This document shows positions 18,512 through 28,403 of a stretch of 64,000 nucleotides of DNA, in pieces. Location of the stretch: NCBI GenBank assembly GCA_963768055.1, contig CAVYGN010000001.1:1280001-1344000 (forward strand), in the 5' to 3' direction. The stretch is from an uncultured Spirochaetota bacterium. GTDB lineage: Bacteria > Spirochaetota > Brevinematia > Brevinematales > JAOACQ01. The notes under the pieces are model-generated. The model did not search any database. It had not been told where the DNA came from and saw nothing but the letters and a program-made list of their open reading frames with translations. The stretch's first letter is position 1; the number at the start of each line of letters is the position of its first letter. Position numbers and translations under genes: made by a program.

Positions 18512-19180
18512 ATGTCAAAATTAATTCCAATAATCAGGGCAAAAAAAGTAAAAACCAGGGATGACCGGGAGGAAGCGTTAGAAATCATCAAAGAGGTTTA
18601 TTTAAAAGAAAAAAACTGGATACATACAATAAGCGACCAGATTCCCGAAGATATCGACAAAAGGAAAGATATGTCGTGGTTTTTAGTAAAGATCAATAAA
18701 AAACCTGCCGGGGTACTGCGTTTGGTTTTCGATCCTATTCTGGAATTTCCGCCTGAATTACAGGTTACATTGAATAAAGATATCGATATCGACAAATTAA
18801 AATCAACTGGTAAATTTGCTGAAATCGGCAGGTTCATGATAATCCCGAAATACAGAAAATATATAACTGTGGTTTTAAGACTTATGAGGGCGGCCATTAA
18901 AGAGGTGCTTGAAAGGGATTATTCACATTTCATAACGGATGTGTTTGAAAATGAACCGAATTCTCCATATAAATTCCATACCAGGATTTTGGGCTTTGAG
19001 GTTATTGGGAAACATCTTTACGGGGACCTTAACTGCAGTTGCACCAGGATTATTTTAACTCTTGATATATTGAAGAATTATCAAAGATTAAAAGAACATA
19101 AAAATAAAATTTTCAACACGCTGACTGAAGGTATCAGGGACATTTTCGAAAAAAAACTTTCAGCCAGGCAGATGATATAG
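18512..19180 (+). CDS. GNAT-fold N-acyltransferase (FeeM/OlsB/LuxI-like branch)
   Basis: EVYLKEK, AGVLRL, AEIGRFMIIPKYRK, FHTRILGFEVIG; AGGAGG RBS. Confidence 0.7.
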   Translation: MSKLIPIIRAKKVKTRDDREEALEIIKEVYLKEKNWIHTISDQIPEDIDKRKDMSWFLVKINKKPAGVLRLVFDPILEFPPELQVTLNKDIDIDKLKSTGKFAEIGRFMIIPKYRKYITVVLRLMRAAIKEVLERDYSHFITDVFENEPNSPYKFHTRILGFEVIGKHLYGDLNCSCTRIILTLDILKNYQRLKEHKNKIFNTLTEGIRDIFEKKLSARQMI

Positions 19181-19325
19181 CCTTTTATATTTTTTATTAT
19201 TAGCCTTTTATTGACTCCCTTCATCAATGGAAATATAATTAAATGAATATCTAATTGCTTGTTTTTTTTCACATGGCGGACATCCTCTTTGAATATATTT
19301 AAAAATCTATTAAGGCGGGCCTGTA

Positions 19326-20141
19326 ATGAGAAGCTTCCTTAAAATTATTACAATTATAATCATCTTTTATCCGCTTGCCGGTATAAAAGCTCTTGAAAGG
19401 CTTAGCGATATAGCTCCTCCCATTGAACAATTTTCTGTTTTATTCCCGGAGCATCAATCGTCAAAATGGGTCGAGATCATCTACGGCGTCAATGTTTACA
19501 ATGCATTTTCATACGAGGTATCAAGAAACACCAATAATAACGAACTATCGGTCAAAGCCGATTCTATGAGATGGTCTTTTTCAAGTGAAATGTCCCCGGC
19601 AGTGAGATTGAAAAACTATCAGATAGTTGTCAAATCACCGGCGATAAAAAACTCATGGGGCTGCGATTTAGTCGATGTTGTAAATTATCCCGACAAAAAA
19701 ACGCTCATCGCAAAAAAAATTTTATCAGGAGTCGTAAAAAAAACAATGTCCGTAACCTATGACGAAAATTCCCTTGAAAATCAGGAATTAAATATGTTTC
19801 TTCGGGCATTGCTGCTCCATGGCATAAGGAAAAGCTTCAATTGTGATGCCATAATAGGAGATGGATGGAAGATAAACGTCAATTTAACACTTTACGAAAC
19901 CAACGATTTTCAAAAAATATCCCCTTCCTACCCTTTCCCGGATGATCTGAAAATTTGGTCGAATTCCGGTGAATCATTTTATATATATGAGATGAGCGCT
20001 ACGGGACTCCTCGGAATTTTTTATTCATATAAATTCTATTCGGTATATAGAAAAAATGAAACTTGCGATTATATAGCGGCCTGGGGAGGCGACCCTAAAT
20101 ACTGTACTTTCCACATAATGTATTACGGTTCGGTAAAATGA
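19326..20141 (+). CDS. Hypothetical exported protein
   Basis: 271-aa ORF with signal-peptide-like N-terminus; no recognised domain. Confidence 0.65.
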   Translation: MRSFLKIITIIIIFYPLAGIKALERLSDIAPPIEQFSVLFPEHQSSKWVEIIYGVNVYNAFSYEVSRNTNNNELSVKADSMRWSFSSEMSPAVRLKNYQIVVKSPAIKNSWGCDLVDVVNYPDKKTLIAKKILSGVVKKTMSVTYDENSLENQELNMFLRALLLHGIRKSFNCDAIIGDGWKINVNLTLYETNDFQKISPSYPFPDDLKIWSNSGESFYIYEMSATGLLGIFYSYKFYSVYRKNETCDYIAAWGGDPKYCTFHIMYYGSVK

Positions 20142-20142
20142 T

Positions 20143-20679
20143 ATGAATTATCTGGATAATAAGGTCATTGTTCAGATAGGAGATATTACTGAACAGGATA
20201 CCGACGCTATTGTCAACGCCGCTAATTCGAGCCTATTGGGAGGCGGCGGGGTCGACGGGGCTGTTCACAGGAAAGGGGGCCCGGAAATTTTAGAAGCCTG
20301 CAGGGAAATCAGGAAAAACTTGTATCCCGGAGGATTGCCCGCAGGTTCCGCGGTTTCAACTACGGCGGGCCGTTTGAAAGCGAAATGGGTCATTCACACA
20401 GTCGGGCCGGTATGGCATGGCGGCTCTCAAGGCGAGGACGGATTGTTAAAGAGCGCTTATATTACCTCTTTAAAAGAAGCCTTACGGCTGGGGTGCCGTT
20501 CAATTTCCTTCCCCGCCATTTCAACAGGCATATATTCATTTCCTCCTGAAAGGGCATCTTCGATAGTATCTTCTGCGATTAAAGGTTTCATTAATGAAAA
20601 TAATCCGCTTATTACAATTTACCTTGTTTTTTATTCAAAACAGGATTACGATATTTTTATAGAAAACCAATTATTCTAA
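20143..20679 (+). CDS. Macro-domain O-acetyl-ADP-ribose deacetylase (YmdB-like)
   Basis: GDIT, AIVNAAN, GGGGVDGA, HTVGP, FPAISTGIY. Confidence 0.93.
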   Translation: MNYLDNKVIVQIGDITEQDTDAIVNAANSSLLGGGGVDGAVHRKGGPEILEACREIRKNLYPGGLPAGSAVSTTAGRLKAKWVIHTVGPVWHGGSQGEDGLLKSAYITSLKEALRLGCRSISFPAISTGIYSFPPERASSIVSSAIKGFINENNPLITIYLVFYSKQDYDIFIENQLF

Positions 20680-20691
20680 CGGAGAGTTTAT

Positions 20692-21897
20692 ATGCCCGCC
20701 CTGCTTATTGAAACAATCGATTACAACAAATTTCTGCCTGTATCGCGGACAAAAAATATCTGGGATATTACAAGCGGAATATACAACCCCCGGCAAAGAT
20801 TCGAAATTTTCTTTCCCGGCTCCCTCTTCCATTCTCCACGTTTTAATGAAAAACCTTTTTCTTTACTCAAAAACGAATATCCGGAAAAAGCTTGTTACAA
20901 TCCGGATTCGGAAGTTTACGCAATAATAAATTCCCAATATATACCATCAGGTAATTACAGCCGGAATATGAATACTCTTAGTATAACACCCGAAGGTTTT
21001 TTCATTTCCCTCTTTTCCGATAAAATTACTCCGGCTGTGATAGAATCTATAGAAAATAATGACTTTAAAGTTCTTTTTGCAGATAATAAGGTCGTAGAGG
21101 TCAATGCCGGTATTTTTCTTCAAAGTATACCTGATATCATAAAATATAACGCCGAAGCTGTTTTACTTGATTCCCGTATCATCAAAAACAGCCCGGGGTA
21201 CAAATCGCAGGGTAATAATATCCTGATTGGAAATACCGCCGATATTCAACAATTCGTTTCAATACAGGATGCTTCGGGACCGGTCATAATCGACAAAGGC
21301 GCTGTTGTGAGATCCTTTTCAATTATAGACGGGCCGGCTTATATAGGTAAAAACACACTTATTGACAGCGCCAGGATAAGGAGCGGCACTACCATTAAAG
21401 ACGTGTGCAGGATCGGGGGAGAAGTTGAATGCTCTGTCGTTGAAAATTATTCGAATAAACATCACGAAGGTTTCCTTGGGCATTCGTATATCGGAGAATG
21501 GGTAAATATCGGCGCTATGGCGACTACAAGCGATTTAAAAAACAATTACAGCGAAATTAAGATCAATAACGGTTCTTTAATTATTTCCACGGGATCTGAC
21601 AAATTCGGGTCGGTAATAGGGGATTTTACGAAAGTCGGAATAGGAATAATGCTTAATACCGGAACAGTTATATCAGAGGGCTGCAGCCTCTTCGGTGAAA
21701 ATGCCTTCATACCTTCTTACGTTCAGCCCTTCAGCTGGGGGGTAATGGGAAAAAGATACGAGATCGATCGTTTTATTTCCGACACAAAAAAAATTATGAA
21801 GAGAAGAAATGTTGAATTGTCGGGATCGAGGGAGGAATTTTTAAGAAGTCTTTACGATTCACTGTCTATTAGCGTGTCTTCAGAGGTTATCCGCTAA
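20692..21897 (+). CDS. GlmU-related putative sugar nucleotidyl/acyl-transferase with left-handed beta-helix
   Basis: Hexapeptide repeats; GGEVE, SNKHHEGFLGHSYIGEWVNIGA, SDLKNNY. Confidence 0.8.
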   Translation: MPALLIETIDYNKFLPVSRTKNIWDITSGIYNPRQRFEIFFPGSLFHSPRFNEKPFSLLKNEYPEKACYNPDSEVYAIINSQYIPSGNYSRNMNTLSITPEGFFISLFSDKITPAVIESIENNDFKVLFADNKVVEVNAGIFLQSIPDIIKYNAEAVLLDSRIIKNSPGYKSQGNNILIGNTADIQQFVSIQDASGPVIIDKGAVVRSFSIIDGPAYIGKNTLIDSARIRSGTTIKDVCRIGGEVECSVVENYSNKHHEGFLGHSYIGEWVNIGAMATTSDLKNNYSEIKINNGSLIISTGSDKFGSVIGDFTKVGIGIMLNTGTVISEGCSLFGENAFIPSYVQPFSWGVMGKRYEIDRFISDTKKIMKRRNVELSGSREEFLRSLYDSLSISVSSEVIR

Positions 21898-21928
21898 GCG
21901 GAAGATTTTTAGATTAAGGAGTCTTACA

Positions 21929-22330
21929 ATGGAAACGATTACCATATCGGATAACATTCAGGCAAGTCCTGAAAGAATCTATAACGCCTGGCTTTCGAGC
22001 GAGGAACACTCCGCTTTCACCGGCTCAGCGGCGGAAATCGAAGCTATGGTCGGGGGTGTTTTCAATACCTGGGACGGTTATATACAGGGTTTGACCCTTG
22101 AATTAATTCCATTCAGCAAGATCGTTCAAGCATGGAGAACGACCGAGTTCCCTCCGGAGTCGGAAGATTCCAGGCTTGAAATACTACTCTCGCAAACGGA
22201 CGACGGCACAAAAATCACCTTATATCATTCAAATATTCCTGACGGCCAGGGAGAAGAATACCGAAAGGGGTGGATTGATTTTTATATTAAGCCTATGAAG
22301 GAATACTTTTCTAAAAAAGGAAAAAAGTAG
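21929..22330 (+). CDS. SRPBCC/AHSA1-like domain protein
   Basis: ASPERIYNAW, KIVQAWR, HSNIP...GW..FY. Confidence 0.85.
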   Translation: METITISDNIQASPERIYNAWLSSEEHSAFTGSAAEIEAMVGGVFNTWDGYIQGLTLELIPFSKIVQAWRTTEFPPESEDSRLEILLSQTDDGTKITLYHSNIPDGQGEEYRKGWIDFYIKPMKEYFSKKGKK

Positions 22331-22397
22331 CGGGTGACGAGTAAAGTTATTAAAGTCTGTAAATCTCTCAACTGTTTATTATCTCAAAGAAGAATTT

Positions 22398-25300
22398 ATG
22401 AATAAATATGCAATCGGAAGTTTTATCCGTAAAAACATCATTACGCTGATCGTATGTATTATTCCCGTTTTTATTATAGCTATTATCTATTTTGCTTATC
22501 GTCTTCCGGATGGATACAAGCCTTATATTTTTAATATGGCAGGCACATGGAAAATTCAAGAGGGTAAAAATGATGAATGGATAAAGCCGGGTTTCAATGA
22601 TTCGGGATGGAAAGAGATTCAATTTCCAGGAAGCTATTATAATCAGGGCTTCAGGGACCGTTATTCGGTAGTCAGAAAAAAGTTCATTTTAAATGAAAAC
22701 ATGAAGGATAAAGATCTCTTTTTTATAATAGGCGGCACCCGGGGATTAATGGGAAACGTTTATGCAAACGGGCATAAAATCGGGGAGATCGGACTCAGTA
22801 TTAACGGTAAAAAAACACAGGATGCTCATTATGTATACGGTTTTTTTATCAACCGTGAATTTATTTTTAATGATAAAAATCAGCCTGATAATATTCTTGC
22901 CATACAATTCGAGGATGAAACAATAGGAAACGACTGGCTACAGGATCCGCGAATTCTCATAGGAACATCGGAATATATAAAACCCTACTATGAAAGAAGC
23001 ATGTTCGTTTACGCTTTCTTTCAATACGGCATCAATTTATCCTGTATTTTAGTTCTGGCTATCATTTCACTGCTTGTAATAACAGAATGGAAATCCTCCG
23101 AGAGGTATAAATATATATCGGCCATGATTTTCATTTTCTCGGCTATTGTTTACAATCTGACTTTTTCAAATTCTTACCTGAAATATTTTATAGACTTCCC
23201 CCTGTCAACCAGATTATTAGCGGCTTCAATCGCATTTGTATGCTTTGCCGCATTGGATTTTATTCAGTATTTCTTTTTTAAAAAAATTAATATTCTGGCA
23301 AAAATAAACAGGATCGTCTGCGCGGTTATTATGATATCATATTTCCTGGCCGGCAGTTTTTCAATTGTTATGAAAATATATAACTACTTTATCTTTTATT
23401 TTTTTATTGTAATCCTGTATGTTTTCGCCCTGCTGGTAACAGGCACAATAAAAACAAAAAAAAACAAATACGGGATCATTATAACGACATCGATGATTGT
23501 CGTATGTGCGTCGGGAATTTCAGATATGATGACGGACCTCGGTTTGATATATACCCCGTTAATGTTCAATATAACCATTTCGGTATATATATTAATGAGT
23601 TCAATCATCATTATAGCCGAGTTCATTCAGATCAGCAATACAAATAAAATCCTTTCCATTGAACTTCAGCAGTTGAACTCCTCGCTGGAAACAAAAGTTG
23701 TCAAAAGTACCATGGAACTGCGCGAAGCCAATGAAAAAATGAAAAAACTGGATTCGATTAAGAGCGATTTCATAGCGAATATTACACATGATTTCCGGTC
23801 GCCCCTCACCGTTATCCTTAACGCCGCCGACCTCGCCATCCGTTTTGACGACAATATAGACGATGAGGAGAAAGAAAAATTCCGCATGATATACAAATCG
23901 TCCCTGCGGCTGAAAGACACGATCGACAAGCTTCTTGAACTCGCAAAAATAGACGCCAGGGGCATTAAATTGAAGATTGAAAAAGTCGACCTGGCGGCAA
24001 ACATCAATTCCCTGCTGGATTATTACGAGTCTTCGGTAAGTTCGAGCGGAATAAAAATAAAAAGGATATTGCCCGCCAAAAAAATTGAAGATTTTTACAC
24101 GGATACTGAAAAGCTCGAGGAGATACTCGATAACATTCTATCGAACGCGATCAAATTCGTCAATCCCGATACCGGGGTTATCATAACCGAGCTTGAAGAA
24201 AAGGCCGATCATATTTTAATCAGCATCTCGGATAACGGCATCGGAATACCCAAGGAGAAATTGAAGATTATTTTCAACAGGTTTGAACAGCTCCATGACG
24301 GGAGAAACAGCCAGTACCATGGGACCGGCATCGGGCTTGCCTTCTCGAAGCAGCTTACCGACTTTTTAAAGGGGGAAATCTGGGCGGAATCCGAGGGGCC
24401 GGGAAAGGGATCGAGATTCCTCATAAAGATGAAAAAAGGGAGGGCGCATTTTAACGAAAAGGATATAAGTTCGGATGAGAACACGTTCAGAAGGAGAAAG
24501 GATTTAAAGACGCTGATAGAGGCCGAGCTTGACGAAAAACAGCGTATTGAAAACATTCGTACCATTTTTATGGATTTGAACAGGGAAAACGAGTCGGACT
24601 ACAAAAAGGGCATAATATTGATAATAGACGACGATAAGAGCATCTGTGAAATTATTTACACATATTTGAACAAAAACGGCTTCAAGAATTTCATCATCGC
24701 TTCGGACGGCAAGCAGGGGCTCGAAGCCGTTTATGAATATTCGCCCGACATAGTCATCTGCGATTTCAATATGCCCAATATGAAAGGAGACGACCTGCAT
24801 AACCGCCTTGTGGGAAACCCGGTTCACAAGGAAATACCCTTTATATTTTTATCCGCCGTAGCTGACGAAGGGCTGATGCTTGAGAGAAGGGAATTGGGTG
24901 CGGCGGCCTATTTAAAAAAACCTATCGAGGAAAAACTGCTCATCATTACTGTGGACGAACAATTGATGAAATATTACGAACTAAAAAAGATCAGGCAATT
25001 GGCCTCGAAGGACGAATTGACAGGTTTGAATAACCGGAGGGCTGCCCTTGAAAACCTTAAGCGGGAGTTATCCGTGAGGCAATACCGGGATATATCGATA
25101 ATATTTATGGACCTGGATTTTTTCAAGCGAATAAACGACTCGCATGGTCATCAGGCCGGGGATTTGTTCCTCGCGATGACAGGTAAAATAATTAAATCCG
25201 CGATCAGGAAATACGACATAGCCGGAAGGTACGGCGGGGACGAGTTTATTGTAATCCTTCCGGAGATCAATCTGAAAAATGCCGCGCATGTTGCAGAGGG

Positions 25301-25604
25301 TCTCCGGAACTCGATCGGCAATACGATAATAAATTACGGGGACAAGGCCCTGTCGATCACTTCAAGTTTCGGAGTTGCGTCTCTCCGGGACAATTCGGAT
25401 TATATAAATAAGACTCTCGGAATCGGCGATTTGAAGGATCTTTACGAAGTCAGGGACAGGGAAGGGGCCGATTGGGAAAAGATCGATAAAATCAAGGAAG
25501 AGATCGCCGAATTGCTTTTGAAAATGGCCGGCGAGGCGCTGAAACAGGCAAAAATCAGGCGTGATACGGTAGTGAAATTCGGCGAAGGTCCGTTAAATCT
25601 GTGA
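22398..25604 (+). CDS. Hybrid sensor: sugar-binding-like domain, multi-TM, HisKA, HATPase, REC, GGDEF
   Basis: GTWK..G...FNDSGWKEIQFP; about 7 TM; THDFRSPL; NILSNAIKF, DNGIGI, GTGIGL; IIDDD..CDFNMPNMKG; RKYD..RYGGDEF. Confidence 0.88.
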   Translation: MNKYAIGSFIRKNIITLIVCIIPVFIIAIIYFAYRLPDGYKPYIFNMAGTWKIQEGKNDEWIKPGFNDSGWKEIQFPGSYYNQGFRDRYSVVRKKFILNENMKDKDLFFIIGGTRGLMGNVYANGHKIGEIGLSINGKKTQDAHYVYGFFINREFIFNDKNQPDNILAIQFEDETIGNDWLQDPRILIGTSEYIKPYYERSMFVYAFFQYGINLSCILVLAIISLLVITEWKSSERYKYISAMIFIFSAIVYNLTFSNSYLKYFIDFPLSTRLLAASIAFVCFAALDFIQYFFFKKINILAKINRIVCAVIMISYFLAGSFSIVMKIYNYFIFYFFIVILYVFALLVTGTIKTKKNKYGIIITTSMIVVCASGISDMMTDLGLIYTPLMFNITISVYILMSSIIIIAEFIQISNTNKILSIELQQLNSSLETKVVKSTMELREANEKMKKLDSIKSDFIANITHDFRSPLTVILNAADLAIRFDDNIDDEEKEKFRMIYKSSLRLKDTIDKLLELAKIDARGIKLKIEKVDLAANINSLLDYYESSVSSSGIKIKRILPAKKIEDFYTDTEKLEEILDNILSNAIKFVNPDTGVIITELEEKADHILISISDNGIGIPKEKLKIIFNRFEQLHDGRNSQYHGTGIGLAFSKQLTDFLKGEIWAESEGPGKGSRFLIKMKKGRAHFNEKDISSDENTFRRRKDLKTLIEAELDEKQRIENIRTIFMDLNRENESDYKKGIILIIDDDKSICEIIYTYLNKNGFKNFIIASDGKQGLEAVYEYSPDIVICDFNMPNMKGDDLHNRLVGNPVHKEIPFIFLSAVADEGLMLERRELGAAAYLKKPIEEKLLIITVDEQLMKYYELKKIRQLASKDELTGLNNRRAALENLKRELSVRQYRDISIIFMDLDFFKRINDSHGHQAGDLFLAMTGKIIKSAIRKYDIAGRYGGDEFIVILPEINLKNAAHVAEGLRNSIGNTIINYGDKALSITSSFGVASLRDNSDYINKTLGIGDLKDLYEVRDREGADWEKIDKIKEEIAELLLKMAGEALKQAKIRRDTVVKFGEGPLNL

Positions 25605-25632
25605 ATCCTTACAGGACTTAATCTGTGGTTTC
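25596..25632 (+). repeat. Solo right-type ATCTGTG...ATCTGTGGTTTC repeat end overlapping the upstream stop codon
   Basis: aatctgtgaatccttacaggacttaatctgtggtttc; last 15 bp identical to 46076-46090 apart from the first base. Confidence 0.55.
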
Positions 25633-25676
25633 AAATTGTGATTTTTTTTAGTAATAAATTTATTGGAGATTGATTT

Positions 25677-27824
25677 ATGAAAAGACTGGCTTGCCTTATT
25701 CTTCCTCTCCTGCTGAGCATTACATCCAGCGGGCAATGGAATTACCCCCCGACCAAAACTGTTGACGCATTTGATGTTTACTTCGGTAAGACCTATAAAG
25801 ATCCCTATCGCCGGCTTGAAAACCTCAAGGATAAAGATACCGAAGCATGGTTCAGGAAGCAGGCTCTTCTGACGGACAGCCTTATGGAAAAGATTCCCGG
25901 AAAGGATGCCCTTGTGCAGGTATGGCTGAACCTTGACAAGCAGAGACCGGCAAAATATACCTCCATTAACTTTGAGAATGGCCGCGTCTTCTACAAGAAG
26001 ACCCTCGGCGGCGAGAATGTGGGCAGGCTTTTCTTCCGTGAAGGATGGAACGGCCCGGAAAAACTGCTTTTCGATCCGGCTGGTTATAAGGAAGGGGTGA
26101 CAACAACAATTCAGGGAATTGTACCTTCTTTCGATGGACGGTATGTTGTCCTGGGATTTTCGTCCGGAGGGGCAGAATACTCGGATATCCGGGTTCTCGA
26201 GGTCGATACTGGAAAGCTTCTTCCCGAAAGCATCTATCCATCATACGGACCGATCGGATGGACGCTTGACAGCAAGTCCTTTTTTTACGATGCAGGAAAA
26301 GAAACCGATATCAGGAGTCTTAACATTGAACTGAATCGTAAGACCAGGCTTCACAAGCTTGGCACCGACACAGCTCTGGATATAGATTTCTTCAGCGATG
26401 AAAGCAGCCCTGAACTTTTTATCGATCCAAAGGAGATCCCTACGGCCTATATCGATGAATCTTTCCCCGGCTACATCTTCGGATTTGTCGGCACTGTTCA
26501 AAGTGAAATCCGGGCTTACTATGCCCCTATTTCCGAAATGAAAAACCATAAGATAAAATGGAACGTGTTATGCAAGCCTTCGGATAACCTGGTCCGTAGC
26601 TTAGAGTTCTCCGGAGATTATGTATATGCGGTCACCCACACAAATGCGCCGAAGTACAAAGTCATTCGGACAACAGTAAAGAATCCGGATTGGAATAAAG
26701 CTGAAACAGTCGTTCCGGAAGGGCCGAATTCCATCCAGTATATCACAAAGAGCAGGAACTTTCTTTTTATTGTTTATTCCGATGGGATTGTCAGCAGCAT
26801 CATGAAATACAACCTGAATTCCGGGAAATTATCAGGGGTCAAACTGCCTTTTTCAGGAACAGCCGATATTTCATGTCCGGATTGGCATACGGATCAGTGC
26901 CTTTTAAGCATTTCCTCCTGGATCACTCCGGTAACTCTTTACAATTTTGATGCGGAGAAGGACACATTCACAAAGAGTATCTTCAACATTGATGTTTCGT
27001 ATCCGGGATTTGAGAATCTTGCTGCTGAAGAGATCGAAGTACAGGGTCAGGACGGCGTTCTTGTCCCCCTTTCGATAATCTACAGAAAGGGTCTTCCGCT
27101 TGACGGCAACAATTGCTGTATTCTGGAAGGCTATGGAGCATATGGAATAAGTTATACCCCGCATTTCAGCATCATAGATTCAATCGCCTTGCAGGGAGTG
27201 GTGTTAGCGTACGCCCATACCCGGGGCGGAGGAGAAAAGGGAGAGGCATGGTACAAGGCAGGATATAAAACGACCAAGCCTAATACCTGGAAAGACTTTA
27301 TATCCTGCGCGGAATACCTTATTAAAAAGGGTTATACAAGGCCTGAAAAGCTCGGAGGCATGGGCACCAGCGCCGGGGGAATTCTTATCAGCCGGGCTAT
27401 CACGGAACGTCCGGACCTATTCGGGGCTGCAGTCTGCAATGTCGGATGCGCAAACTCAATGCGTATGGAATTCTCTCCGAACGGACCTGTCAATATACCG
27501 GAATTCGGCACGGTAAAGGACCCTGTCGAATGCCGGGCGCTGTATGAAATGGATGGCGTCGCCCATGTTATGGATGGTGTGAAATATCCTGCCGTTCTCT
27601 GTGTCGGCGGATGGAACGATCCCCGCGTTCCGCCCTGGCAGCCGGGGAAGTTCGCCGCTGCCCTGCAGAATGCCAGCGTATCCGGAAAGCCGGTACTAAT
27701 GAAGGTAAACTACGACAACGGACACTTCACGGAAGAGAAGATCGTCACCTTCAAGAATTTCGCCGGCCAGTACGCATTCCTGCTCTGGCAAACCGGGCAC
27801 AGGGATTTCCAGCCGGAACCGTAA
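25677..27824 (+). CDS. Prolyl oligopeptidase (S9A), exported
   Basis: Signal peptide, DPYR.LE, RGGGEKG..W, GTSAGG (Ser), DPRV (Asp), GH (His). Confidence 0.93.
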   Translation: MKRLACLILPLLLSITSSGQWNYPPTKTVDAFDVYFGKTYKDPYRRLENLKDKDTEAWFRKQALLTDSLMEKIPGKDALVQVWLNLDKQRPAKYTSINFENGRVFYKKTLGGENVGRLFFREGWNGPEKLLFDPAGYKEGVTTTIQGIVPSFDGRYVVLGFSSGGAEYSDIRVLEVDTGKLLPESIYPSYGPIGWTLDSKSFFYDAGKETDIRSLNIELNRKTRLHKLGTDTALDIDFFSDESSPELFIDPKEIPTAYIDESFPGYIFGFVGTVQSEIRAYYAPISEMKNHKIKWNVLCKPSDNLVRSLEFSGDYVYAVTHTNAPKYKVIRTTVKNPDWNKAETVVPEGPNSIQYITKSRNFLFIVYSDGIVSSIMKYNLNSGKLSGVKLPFSGTADISCPDWHTDQCLLSISSWITPVTLYNFDAEKDTFTKSIFNIDVSYPGFENLAAEEIEVQGQDGVLVPLSIIYRKGLPLDGNNCCILEGYGAYGISYTPHFSIIDSIALQGVVLAYAHTRGGGEKGEAWYKAGYKTTKPNTWKDFISCAEYLIKKGYTRPEKLGGMGTSAGGILISRAITERPDLFGAAVCNVGCANSMRMEFSPNGPVNIPEFGTVKDPVECRALYEMDGVAHVMDGVKYPAVLCVGGWNDPRVPPWQPGKFAAALQNASVSGKPVLMKVNYDNGHFTEEKIVTFKNFAGQYAFLLWQTGHRDFQPEP

Positions 27825-27827
27825 GGG

Positions 27828-28107
27828 GCCGTTCAAACAACATACAGCTTGTATGGAGTCAATTTTTATCTCGCACTGGATTCGAAAACTTGAACTGCAT
27901 CATCTCAAAACGGCGGCAAGCGTTTGATGGAATACTTTTTTAAATGAAGAATTTTATTTATAAATCTATAAGAATCGGTTGAATACTATAAACGGTCTTG
28001 GATGAAACGCTTGCTTCGCTGTTTTTCGATGGCAGTTCTACGTTTTCTTCATAAATGCGGGATAAAAATTGACTCCATAAAAAACGGCATATTGTTTTGA
28101 ATCCGGC
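27828..28107. repeat. Large imperfect inverted repeat (~100-bp arms, ~70-bp AT-rich spacer)
   Basis: atggagtcaatttttatctcgca (27853-27875) matches the reverse complement of 28056-28078 at 22/23; similarity extends inward (gaaaac..gaactgc, gcaagcgttt) and outward. Confidence 0.75.
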
Positions 28108-28174
28108 GGGAAAGGACAAATGATTGTCGACTATGGACTTTGGACTTGCTTTCACCTTTTTTTGTTGGCTGTAT

Positions 28175-28259
28175 TGTCTTTTCGAGGACCCCTCACCATT
28201 TTGTGGGCTCAACCCCTAAACCCGACAAAATGGTGAGGGGGACGAGAAATCTTCCCTGA
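28175..28259. repeat. Half TGTCATTTCG-family element with a long inserted hairpin
   Basis: tgtcttttcgaggaccc...ggggacgagaaatcttccctg aligns to 47741-47783; insert has the stem cctcaccattttgt/acaaaatggtgagg. Confidence 0.7.
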
Positions 28260-28403
28260 TTTTTTAACAAAGAATAATACAACATGTAAATCGGCCTTGA
28301 TTTACAAGGCTTTGATATGAACCACCTGAAAAAATGAGATGAAAATGTGATGAATTGAATAATTGTTTGCTCTAATAAAAATATGTAACAAAACAATTTT
28401 TCC

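Noticed and set aside
27828..28107. Possible integron attC site after the peptidase stop
   Set aside because: No proper RYYYAAC/GTTRRRY core pair, longer than typical attC sites, and no integrase in the window
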